Shown here: positions 38,211 to 48,100 of the stretch, piece by piece
Layout of the letters: every line of letters starts with the position of its first letter
Position numbering within the stretch: position 1 is the stretch's first letter
NCBI GenBank assembly: GCA_021789975.1
Contig: JAJYIT010000013.1
Location: 31,864 to 95,863 of the forward strand
Reading direction: 5' to 3'
Length of the DNA stretch: 64,000 nt
From: Bacteroidota bacterium
Lineage (GTDB): Bacteria; Bacteroidota; Ignavibacteria; Kryptoniales; JAKASW01
Made by a program: the position numbers and the translations under genes
The notes under the pieces: model-generated
What the model was told of the DNA's origin: nothing
Seen by the model: the letters and a program-made list of their open reading frames with translations, nothing else
Database searches by the model: none

Positions 38211-38731
38211 CTGATTGTCGCTTTCGATTCTTCTAGTTAGTGCGATTCTTTACCCGGACAAGATAGTCACCGAGCTGCATTGTATTCAAATATCAAGAAT
38301 TGAATAGATGATGAGTTACCCATCAGGTTTCACCCAATCGCGGTTGTTTCAACTGGGTACTGTCTGGACGGCTGAAGGAAGCCAAACACCGCATTGCATA
38401 GGCGGGCCGTTATGGCCTGGGTACTGCGAGAGTGAAATCGAGTTTTCCTATGCCTCTTCTCGACTCCGCAGTTTACGCTTGGTTTGCAAGTCAGGCCCCG
38501 GTATTCTACATTGTCAAAAGATTGGGCAAGGTTCGTATGTACATAGTGCTTCCCGCGAGACCTTTCGATTCAGAAGCCGAAAGCCGCTATCGGCACCTAA
38601 ACCACCGGACTGCCTCCTTCCTTATAAATAGAACTCCAACTCAAAAAGTCTTCCCGCGAAATACACGAGATACGCGAAACACTTTTCCGATAGAATATCA
38701 ACCACACTCGAGAACCGGCGAACGGATCGAG

Positions 38732-38760
38732 GCGGATTACGATTGACAGAATCCGCTTTT
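38732..38760 (+). terminator. Terminator-like hairpin GCGGATT-N11-AATCCGC followed by TTTT
   Basis: Stem 38732-38738 / 38750-38756, T-run 38757-38760. The 3' arm can alternatively pair with CGGAT at 38763-38767. Confidence 0.25.
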
Positions 38761-38800
38761 CACGGATGACGAAGATCAGGGTATAGAAGACGCGCGTATT

Positions 38801-38835
38801 CGGACGGAATAGAACAACTATTCGTCCGGACTTTT
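38801..38835 (+). promoter_or_regulatory. Leader hairpin (11-12 bp, one bulge) plus TTTT just upstream of the TlpA-like gene
   Basis: CGGACGGAATAG (38801-38812), loop AACAA, CTATTCGTCCG (38818-38828), TTTT at 38832-38835. It lies 30 nt before ATG 38865. Confidence 0.25.
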
Positions 38836-38864
38836 GCTGCTGGAATTTTGCAACATAAGAATAA

Positions 38865-40550
38865 ATGGAGGCTGTGATGTCAAGAACCATTTCACTTTTC
38901 ATGTCATTGTTTGCAATCGTTGCCGCCGCTAACGCACAGGTCAGGGTGACCGGGACGCTTATCGGGCAGGATGGCAAACCGATGCCCGCGGCGAACGTAT
39001 TCCTTACTCTCCCGACCGACAATATCATGTTAAAGACAGTCACGCCGGCACCCGACGGAAACTATTCCATGACAATCGACTCGGCCGGTATATGGCTGCT
39101 CCGCTTTGCGGGTGTGAATCACTACATTCACGATGTAGCGGTCTACATAGACTCGGCAGAGATAGCGCGTGGCATCTCGAAGCCGGTCACGATCGATGTG
39201 CGTCTGAAAGGCTACACTTACTTAGACACGCTGAACGATGTCAAGGTGGTCGGCGACTTCAACAAGTTTTCGTTCACAACTGCCATCCCGATGAAGAAGA
39301 TGGCCGACGGGACTTACGCCGTGGAAATTGAGACGAAAGCAGATTCTATGGCGTACCAGCTTGTCAATCTTGAGAGCACCGGCCGCAGCATCAATGGCAC
39401 GGACGCCGTACGGTATGTATACGACGGCGGCGGAGATTACAAATCGATCGTGGTGCCGAAAGATGGCATGGCCGACATCATATTCGACCCATCCAAACTC
39501 GACAGAACCAGTAAGGAAGCTGTGGTGACGTTCGGCAACTCGAAATCCGTTACGGCAAGATTTGCACAGGTATATGACGAGATGCAGAAGAACCAGGTCG
39601 CATTTTCCGATGCGCTGGTTAAATACAGAGCATCAGGAAAGGATATGAAGGATTTCAAGCATGATCTTTCAGGCAAGCTGCAGTCCCTTAAGAACAGGAT
39701 CGAAAAGGAGAAGGTACCGATACTCCGACAGGAGCTGATGCTTGCATATTTCTTCGTCGGCAGCATGAGCGTAAATAAGCAGGCGATTCTCGATTCGACG
39801 ATCAAAGTTGAGGCACTGGGCGAGATTAGTCCGGCATCGGTAATCTGGTCGCTGAACCCGATCATGGTCATCGAAGTTGTGCAATACATGTCTGATCTGC
39901 CCCAGGCGGACAAGGATGCTTACATACGGAAACTGCTCGACGAGAATCCGAGCGCGATAACGAAGTCGACGGTCCTGTATGTCAAGTTCATGAACGCTAA
40001 GATGATGAACGACAACGCAAAGTCGACAAGGTACTACAATCTCCTGACGACTGAATATCCCGGGACTATGTACGGAAAAATGGTAAAGGAGCGGTTTCCG
40101 GCAGTGAGCAATCTCGCGGTAGGGAAGCCGGTGCAGGCATTCTCAGTAGTCTCGATGGCCGATTCGACGAAGGTCATCACGAACGAGACTTTGAAGGGGA
40201 AGTATTACATCATGGATTTCTGGGCGACATGGTGCGGGCCGTGCGTGGCGGAAATGCCGAACCTCGACAAGGCATACAAGGAATTCAAGGACAAGAACTT
40301 CACGATACTTAGCCTCTTGCTCGATACTTCGCCCGCGGACGTCATCGCATTCCGGAAGGACAAATGGCCGATGCCATGGCTTCACACGTTCATCGGCCGC
40401 GGCTCGAAGAGTAAAATCCTGAAAGACTTCGAGGTCGCGTTCATACCGAAGCCGTTCCTCATCGACCCGACCGGCAAGATCATCGCCATGGGCGATGATC
40501 TTCGCGGAGATAAGCTGGAGAAGACGCTGGAGAAGGATTTGGGGAAGTGA
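38865..40550 (+). CDS. TlpA/ResA-family thiol:disulfide oxidoreductase with long N-terminal beta-sandwich-type extension
   Basis: Signal peptide. Carboxypeptidase-regulatory-like segment VRVTGTLIGQDGKPMPAANVFL. C-terminal thioredoxin fold with YYIMDFWATWCGPCVAEMP. Confidence 0.8.
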   Translation: MEAVMSRTISLFMSLFAIVAAANAQVRVTGTLIGQDGKPMPAANVFLTLPTDNIMLKTVTPAPDGNYSMTIDSAGIWLLRFAGVNHYIHDVAVYIDSAEIARGISKPVTIDVRLKGYTYLDTLNDVKVVGDFNKFSFTTAIPMKKMADGTYAVEIETKADSMAYQLVNLESTGRSINGTDAVRYVYDGGGDYKSIVVPKDGMADIIFDPSKLDRTSKEAVVTFGNSKSVTARFAQVYDEMQKNQVAFSDALVKYRASGKDMKDFKHDLSGKLQSLKNRIEKEKVPILRQELMLAYFFVGSMSVNKQAILDSTIKVEALGEISPASVIWSLNPIMVIEVVQYMSDLPQADKDAYIRKLLDENPSAITKSTVLYVKFMNAKMMNDNAKSTRYYNLLTTEYPGTMYGKMVKERFPAVSNLAVGKPVQAFSVVSMADSTKVITNETLKGKYYIMDFWATWCGPCVAEMPNLDKAYKEFKDKNFTILSLLLDTSPADVIAFRKDKWPMPWLHTFIGRGSKSKILKDFEVAFIPKPFLIDPTGKIIAMGDDLRGDKLEKTLEKDLGK

Positions 40551-40572
40551 AAAGCAGATGAAAGGCAGAGAC

Positions 40573-41006
40573 ATGAAACATAGCACCGTCTTTGATGCAA
40601 CCCGTGGCGCACAAATATGCAGCGCATGTTTGGGGCAGTTAGGCGAAAGCGCACGCATATTCGTATATTATAGCGGGAGATTCTCAATGCGCCCAAGCAT
40701 GTCCAGGAAGTATTGCTTTCTATACCGAGCAACGTTCTGGAAAGAGTTTAATTGACTGAGGAAATATTTTCGTTGCATGAGGCTTACCTTTCAGCCGAGA
40801 TAGTATCTCCACGATGGAAGGACGATGCGCTCCACGTTGCCGCAGCTACCGTCGCCCGCTCTGATGCGATTGTCTCATGGAATTTCCATCATATCGTTCG
40901 TCTTGACAAAATGCGTGCTTACAATCAAGTGAATTTGGCGAATGGCTACGGCATTTTGACAATCATTTCTCCCAAGGAGGTGAACTACGATGAGCCCGAG
41001 CAGTAA
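40573..41006 (+). pseudogene. Decayed PIN-domain (VapC-like) toxin gene
   Basis: The C-terminal 84 codons (40752-41006) carry DDALHVAAATVARSDAIVSWNFHHIV, a PIN-like C-terminal motif. The same frame continues upstream as REILNAPKHVQEVLLSIPSNVLERV but is cut by TAA 40749-40751 and TAG 40671-40673. A PIN-like N-terminus, MKHSTVFDAT, starts at ATG 40573 in another frame. This implies at least one frameshift and one nonsense codon. Confidence 0.45.
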
Positions 41007-41190
41007 GAAACATATCGACTCTATTGCGATAAAGCGTGATGCTCAGAATCGAAAATACGAGGAGACCAGGGGGTTGTCCCCCAAACAGGAAATTGAATAT
41101 TTCCGTGAAGCCGTGCGAAACAGTCAATTCAAACAATGGTGGGAGCAAGGGAATACTATCTTGGCAAGACGAGCTAGCAAAGCGTCATGA
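40990..41190 (+). CDS. Small 66-aa protein, possible cognate partner (antitoxin-like) of the decayed PIN gene
   Basis: Overlaps the PIN remnant by 17 nt. Charged helical sequence KKHIDSIAIKRDAQNRKYEETRGLSPKQEIEYFREAV. Confidence 0.35.
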   Translation: MSPSSKKHIDSIAIKRDAQNRKYEETRGLSPKQEIEYFREAVRNSQFKQWWEQGNTILARRASKAS

Positions 41191-41408
41191 TGTGGCGCGC
41201 GCCTTCGCCTAACAACGAGAAAACACACGCTCATCATTGGATATATATCGAGTTCGCTTCATGCCGCGCTCATGGGAAAAACGTGGATGCGTCGGCGCCG
41301 ACTCTCTTCCGCAATACGTTAGCCGCATTTCGCAAAAGAAAGGGGAATAGGATGTTCGGGTTCGTCGAGCGCCGAATCGCAGCATACATTGACAGAGAAG
41401 TTGAGTGA
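41187..41408 (+). CDS. Hypothetical 73-aa ORF
   Basis: ATGA overlap with the preceding ORF. No recognisable family; coding status uncertain. Confidence 0.2.
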   Translation: MMWRAPSPNNEKTHAHHWIYIEFASCRAHGKNVDASAPTLFRNTLAAFRKRKGNRMFGFVERRIAAYIDREVE

Positions 41409-41682
41409 ATATGTCACCTTCGAGAGATTAGACAAGACGACTGTGGAATGCCAAGACCTGACCGCAGCGCACATTGCATACCTCTCCTTGAAGGTGGATG
41501 CAATTGCCAAGCAACTCAGGCTGCAAGAGACTATTGCGGCCTTTGAGGCCGAGGACCTTGATGGCATATTTGATAATGACACCGAGTTTACGGCTAAATT
41601 CCGCATGTATGGCATGTGGCGGAATAAACTCCTGAGCAGAACTCGTGCATACCGTACGCAGAACGCTCGTACAGCTATTTGA
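41389..41682 (+). CDS. Hypothetical 97-aa protein
   Basis: TTG start overlapping the previous ORF by 20 nt. Helical, coiled-coil-like composition. No recognised family. Confidence 0.3.
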   Translation: MTEKLSEYVTFERLDKTTVECQDLTAAHIAYLSLKVDAIAKQLRLQETIAAFEAEDLDGIFDNDTEFTAKFRMYGMWRNKLLSRTRAYRTQNARTAI

Positions 41683-42139
41683 CCAGGGGTGAGTCGTCGA
41701 TAATGAGAGCTTTTTCGAGTCTACGCCGCCTTCTCTTGTGGCTCAGCCCAGATAGCTCAGCGTCAAGGCGCCACCTTTCCTTGCTGGCGCCGTACTCAAG
41801 GGGGATGTCCCCGTGCCGTTCTTCAAAACCCATATTGAAAGGGAGAGTAGATAAGAAGTGCAGTGAATGATAGCGCTGACAAATAACTCACTTAGTACGA
41901 TGTTCGGCTTTCCCGCAGTCCTGTTTGCGAAATTTCCGGAATGGACGGCTGGTTGCTTTTCGTTATGCAATTGGCTCCACGCTGCAATCCCGTGAGTATG
42001 GAACAGCCCGCGGGTGATTGCAGTGATCGTGAAGAATTCTTCTTGGCAGGACCCATTCACGATTTCGTGGAGGTTCCCGGAGGTGGATGGTCGAGTAATT
42101 CGGAATTAACTATGATTCATCAGCAGTAGGTAGAATGTC

Positions 42140-45100
42140 ATGTCTGATAAAATAGAGATGCAGGAAACTCCGTTGGACCACTATGCGTCGACAGAATCGG
42201 GGCAGGAAAAGCTGGAGATCGAAATTGAGTATGATCAGTGCATAAACTACGCGATTCAGCAAAATGCTGTTCCAGTGGTGAAGAGAATCAAGCTATTGAA
42301 TGCGACCCCTTTACCGCTTCTCAATGTCCTAGTAAAGATTACAGGCGATCCGGCGTTCTGTGATCCATGGGAATTGAGAATTGCCGTCTTGGAACCAGAA
42401 CGAGAATCTCTGCTGAAGGATGTTGACATCAATCTCTCCGCAACTTTTCTCGCGGGGCTTCGAGAGAAGAGCACGGGTCAGATCAAAATTAACGTTTCGT
42501 CTGATGACCTTCCGTTGCGAACCGCTAATTATCCAATCGACCTCCTCGCGTATGATGAGTGGCCGGGAATTCGCACAATACCGGAGATCCTTGCAGCTTT
42601 CGTCATGCCTAATCACCCTTCTATAGAGCCAATCCTGAAGGATGCAGCATCGCTCCTCAAGACATGGACTGAGGATAGCTCACTGAGCGGATATCAGACC
42701 GGCAATCCAAAACGCGCATGGCTTTCAGTTGCAGCAATCTACACGGCACTTAGCAAGCTCGGCATTTCCTATATCAACCCTCCTGCAAGCTTTGAGAGAA
42801 GTGGTCAGAAGGTGCGGACACCGGATAGAATTCTGGAGACACGACTCGGAACATGTTTTGACTTATCTCTTCTATGTGTCTCATGTATTGAGGCGGCTGG
42901 TCTAAATCCGATTGTGGTCTTACACAATGGACACGCTTACCCCGGTGCCTGGTTGAAAAACGAAACCTTTTCTCCCGCGGCCATTGATGATATCCAAACC
43001 CTTCGTAAGAGGAGTGAACTCGGAGAAATTGTTTTTTTTGAATCTACTTCCCTCACGAGTGACATCCCGAGAGAATTCAACCAAGCGGTATTGGACGCTG
43101 CACCTAGATTGGAGATGGATGACGAATTCATATTAGGTATCGACATAAAGTCTGCGAGAAGAGAGCGCATACGTCCGATTCCGCTGCGTGCTCATGGAGT
43201 CGAGGCGTTTACACATCAAGAAGAGAAGCAAGATAACGGAGGCATCGACAGTGTACCCCAAGTTCCTCTATCAATCGTGCAGGAGGAAACTGCGAAAGAC
43301 AAGACCGCAATCTCCCCGCAATCAAGAGTGGACCAGTGGAAACGAAGACTCCTGGACCTTTCTCTGCGCAACCGGCTTCTTAACTTCAGAGACACTCAAA
43401 AGACGGTGCCTATCCTGTGCCCTGACCTGCCTGCTCTGGAGGATGCTCTTGCGGCCGGTGAGGAATTCAAGTTCGCTCCAGGGATAAAAGTCATGTCGGA
43501 AAGTGATCCGCGCAGCGCCGCTGTGCACCACACGCGTACCGGTGAAGATGCTCAGGAAGAGTTTCTGAAGGAGGAGATGGCAAGTAGAAGGCTGCATACG
43601 ACTCTCTCGGAAGCGGAGCAGAACAAACGCTTGCTTGAAACGTATCGCTCCGCTCGCACTGCTGAAGAAGAGGGTGGTGCAAACATATGTTACCTCGCGC
43701 TCGGGTTTCTCGAATGGACTCAACGAGACGCAGGGGACCAGGTCTACTCAGCACCCATACTTCTTTTGCCGGTTGAGCTGACGAGAAAATCGATTCAGCA
43801 AGGATTCCATCTTCAGGAGCACGACGACGAACCCCGTATCAATATCACGCTACTCCAAATGCTGGAAAAGGATTTCAATCTTCAGGTAACGGGCCTCGAC
43901 CCGCTTCCACGTGACCAATCCGGCATCGACGTGCAATCGGTACTGCAGACATTTCGCACTGCCGTCCGTGACATAAAAGGCTGGGAAGTAAAAAACGTGG
44001 TTCGCCTCGGTTTGTTTTCCTTCACCAAGTATCTCATGTGGAAGGACCTTGAAGATCGCACTGAGGATTTGATGAGGAATAGTGTGGTGGAGCATCTGAT
44101 CAAGAACCCGGAAACTCCGTATCCGTTCCAGGGGGAAAAGCCGGATGCTGACAGAATCGATGATGAGCTGCGACCGGCTAATACTTTTTGCCCACGGGAC
44201 GCGGACTCCTCCCAACTTGCATCAGTACTTGCCGCGTCAAGAGGTATTAGCTTTGTGATGGAAGGTCCTCCCGGAACTGGGAAGTCGCAGACGATAACAA
44301 ACATCATTGCACAATCTCTGGCTGAAGGCAAAACCGTTCTCTTCGTAGCCGAAAAGATGGCGGCACTGAACGTGGTTTACGATAGATTGCGCGGTGTCGG
44401 ATTGGCGCCCTACTGTCTGGAACTTCACTCCAGCAAAGCTAAGAAAACGGACGTGCTCCAGCAACTGGCAGCACGAGCATCTGCAGTTTCCAATACTGAC
44501 GTCGATGAGTGGGAACAGTTAGGAAGAAGTTTGGGATCGTTGCGTACAGAACTAAATCAGTACGCGGCACTCCTTCACAGAGTTTACCCGAACGGACTTA
44601 CCGCATTTAGTGTGACTTCGTCTCTTGTTGGAATGCGAGATGAACCTGTTGTCCCGATCAGCTGGCAGAGTGTCGATATACATACCCGGGCCGACCTTCA
44701 GAATCTAAAAGGCGCAGTTGACGAGCTTGCCACAACCGCACGTCCGTGTGGATCGATCGCCGATAATAGATGGTTCGGTTTTGAGCACACCGAGTGGAGC
44801 CCTGGCTGGGCACAAGAATTGGAATCGCAAGTAGATACATTGGGAAAGTGCATAATCAAACTTGAGGAATCCATTCGCGAACTAGCGCCTCGGTTTGGAA
44901 TCGAAGGAAGAGGGTTTACGTTCAGAAGCTTGAAGCGCATAGAAGCCTTGGGTGCTGTGATGCTTCGGTCTCCCGGTGTTTCCAAGCCAATGCTTGATAT
45001 TGGCGATTGGGAAGACTTCAGACACCGAGTAGCAGAAGTTGGCGTCGTCGGAAGGAAGAGGGATTCACTGCGGACAAAGTTGTTCTCCGAATACTCCACC

Positions 45101-48100
45101 GAAATCGCGAACGCCGATGTAAGTAATCTGAGAGATACTTGGATGAGCGCCAGTGAATCCTGGTGGGCGCTCAGATGGATCAGGCGCCACAAAGTTAAAA
45201 CGGCATTGAAAGCACTCCACAAGGTGCGAAAAGTGCCCGCCGATGAGACGATCGCTGGGATACTCTCAGACGTTGAAACTCTCCAAGAGCTGCATAGCCA
45301 TGTCGCGTCAGTAAGTGGATCCGTCGGAGGTCCGCTTGGCAGGTTCTGGCGGGGAGGAGATCCCGATTGGGAAGAAGTTGACAAAATGTGTGAGTGGGTG
45401 AATTCGTTCCGGGAAGGAGTCTATTCGGTAGCGGACGGTGACGCTCAGAAGTCATCCATCATGTGCCATCAGCTGTCTGAGACCGTTACTACTCTCAACG
45501 ATCAATTGAAGCTGGATGGTCAGATTGGGAATTCAATCATCTCGTTCACGCAGTCGCTTGCAGAGTTTGAGTCAGCGCGTGAAGCGTTGTCCAGGACAGG
45601 CGGCGTAAACGATGCGAAGGTTTGGGGGGACGGTGCCGCTGTTGACCTTATTTCGGTGAGCAAGAAACTGGTGGATCAATGGAAGCCCGCGGTTGGCTCA
45701 CTTCGCTACTGGTGCGCGTGGCAATCGGCACGGTCAAATGCAAAGAAGTTGGGCTTAGCCGCGATTGTAGATGCTATTGAATCGGGGAGTATCAGGACAG
45801 AAGGTCTGGAGCGAGTGTTCACCAAGAGTTACTATCTGTGGTGGCTCAATTCGCTTACCGATCAAGAACCTTTGCTACGCCAGTTTCTGCGCGAAGTACA
45901 CGAAAAGAAAATCGAGCGATTCCGGAACACTGATGCTGCATTCGTGACGAAAACAAAAGGTGCCGTTACAGCAAAACTATCTGAGGAACGGCCTGATCCG
46001 TCATCGACGCGTGCAAGCAGCACATCTGAAATGGGGGTGCTGACAAGGGAGCTTCGGAGGGTGAGACGCCTCATGCCGGTTCGCACACTTCTGTCAAAGA
46101 TTCCTAATTTACTTCCTCGTCTCAAACCGTGTCTCTTGATGAGTCCTCTATCTGTTTCTCAGTACCTTCAAGCCGGACGGCAGCCTTTCGACGTAGTAAT
46201 CTTCGATGAGGCCTCCCAGATACCGGTGTGGGATGCAGTTGGAGCAATAGCAAGGGGCAAGCAGGTAATCATTGCAGGTGACCCCAAACAGTTGCCCCCC
46301 ACAAATTTCTTTGTGAAGGCAGAAGAAGACGATGAGATCATTGAGGAGGATTTGAAGGTTGAAGACCTGGAGAGCGTTCTTGACGAATGCATGGGAGCTG
46401 GCCTGCCACCCATGCGTCTTAACTGGCATTACCGAAGCCGTCACGAGAGCCTCATCGCCTTTAGCAATTCCCAATATTACCAAAATTCACTTCAGACTTT
46501 TCCATCTGCAGTAACCAATGACAGCGCCGTTTCTTTCCGCCATGTTCCGAGCGGAGTGTACGATAAAGGGAAAACAAGAACTAACCGTGAAGAAGCGAGA
46601 GCCATAGTATCGGAGGTAATCGAGCGGCTAACCGATCCAACGACCTGCAACGAAACGATGGGAATCGTAACGTTCAATCTAGCTCAGCAGAGACTGATCG
46701 AAGATATGTTAGAGAGCGAAAGGTCGCTACATCCGGAGATCGAAAAATACTTTTCTCCAGAGGTTGAGGAGCCAGTGTTTGTGAAAAACTTGGAGAACGT
46801 CCAGGGTGATGAAAGAGACGTAATTTTCTTTTCGGTCTGTTATGGACGTGATCTTAGCGGAAAGGTATCTCTCAATTTTGGACCCATGAATAAAGACGGA
46901 GGTCAAAGGCGTCTGAACGTTGCGATCACCAGGGCCCGAAACGCTGTTCGAGTTTTCTCGTCAATAACCGGTGATGAAATTGATCTCCGCAGAACTCAAG
47001 CACGAGGTGTTGGCGATTTGAAGCTCTTCCTCGAATACGCTCAGCGAGGTCCCTCAATACTGGCTCCGTCCGTTTCATCGGAGGCCGGCGCAGAGTTCGG
47101 TTCGGTGTTTGAGCAGCAAGTCCATGATGCGCTGGCGGAACGGGGCTGGCAGTCGAACTTACAAGTCGGTTGTTCAGGTTTCCGTGTAGACCTCGGCATC
47201 ATCGACAAGCAGAACCCGGATCGGTATCTGGCAGGAATTCAATGCGACGGAGGAAACTACCACAGTGCGAAATCAGCTCGGGATCGGGACCGCCTTCGCC
47301 AAAGCGTGCTTCAAGGCCTTGGCTGGAAACTGATCCGCATCTGGTCCACCGATTGGTGGCTTGAACCGCAGCGAGAACTTGATCGGGTTGACGGGCTACT
47401 GCACGCAATAGAAGCTGGGCCTTCACAATGTGTAGAGAACGGGAATCAGAATCGAAAGGACCCGGATCCTGACTCCACTAAGATCATGGCTGCCCCTGCG
47501 GTCGGAAAACCTGAAACTGCAATGTCTCCTCACGGACGGCAAAATTCTGAGCCGACATACACTCACTATATAGCGTTCTCGAAGACCCCAAAGGATGGCA
47601 GTCAACTCAACTTCTACGACTCGTACCAGAACTCAGCCATTCGGGAAACTATAGTCAAAACTATTGCTTTGGAGGGGCCAATAAGTCTCGATCTGCTCGT
47701 TCACCGAGTAGGGATGCTATGGGGATTTTCCCGCGCTGGGAATGGCGTCCGCGGACGGGTCGTAAGCCTTATTCTAGAGGGGACAGTGAACCTGACACGA
47801 CACAACGGCATGATCTGGTATTGGCCGTTGAACCTGGGTCCCGAGCGTTACACCGATTTTAGAGTTTCCGTCCCCGGCGAGTCTGACGCTCGTGAGATTG
47901 CAGACATTGCACCAGAGGAAATCGGTAACGCCGCTTTGAGCATCCTGAAGCAACACATTAGCATAGAGCGAGATGAACTAGCCAGAGAGGTATATCAGCT
48001 TTTCGGATACAGCCGTCTTAGTGTGGCAGGCAAAGCTCACGCTGATTATGGTATTCATTTTCTTATCCTGAGAGGTTTTGCGAGGATGGATGGCAACATG

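Noticed and set aside
38211-38864. Checked the long gap on both strands for RNase P RNA (GAGGAAAGUCCGG / ACAGAACCCGGCUUA), tmRNA (tag ORF, 3' tRNA-like end) and SRP RNA (GGAA tetraloop helix 8).
   Set aside because: Only short partial resemblances were found (AAAGTCCGGAC on the minus strand, GAAGGAAGCC on the plus strand). None had the partner conserved blocks, so no known RNA gene is called.
41747-41762. 16-nt tRNA-like 5' segment GCCCAGATAGCTCAGC (acceptor plus D-arm look-alike) upstream of the giant gene, considered as a tRNA or att-site remnant.
   Set aside because: No complementary 3' acceptor strand (TCTGGGC), no D-stem closure, and no anticodon or T-arm within 100 nt. Integrative elements duplicate tRNA 3' ends, not 5' ends. 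I treat it as coincidence or unresolvable.
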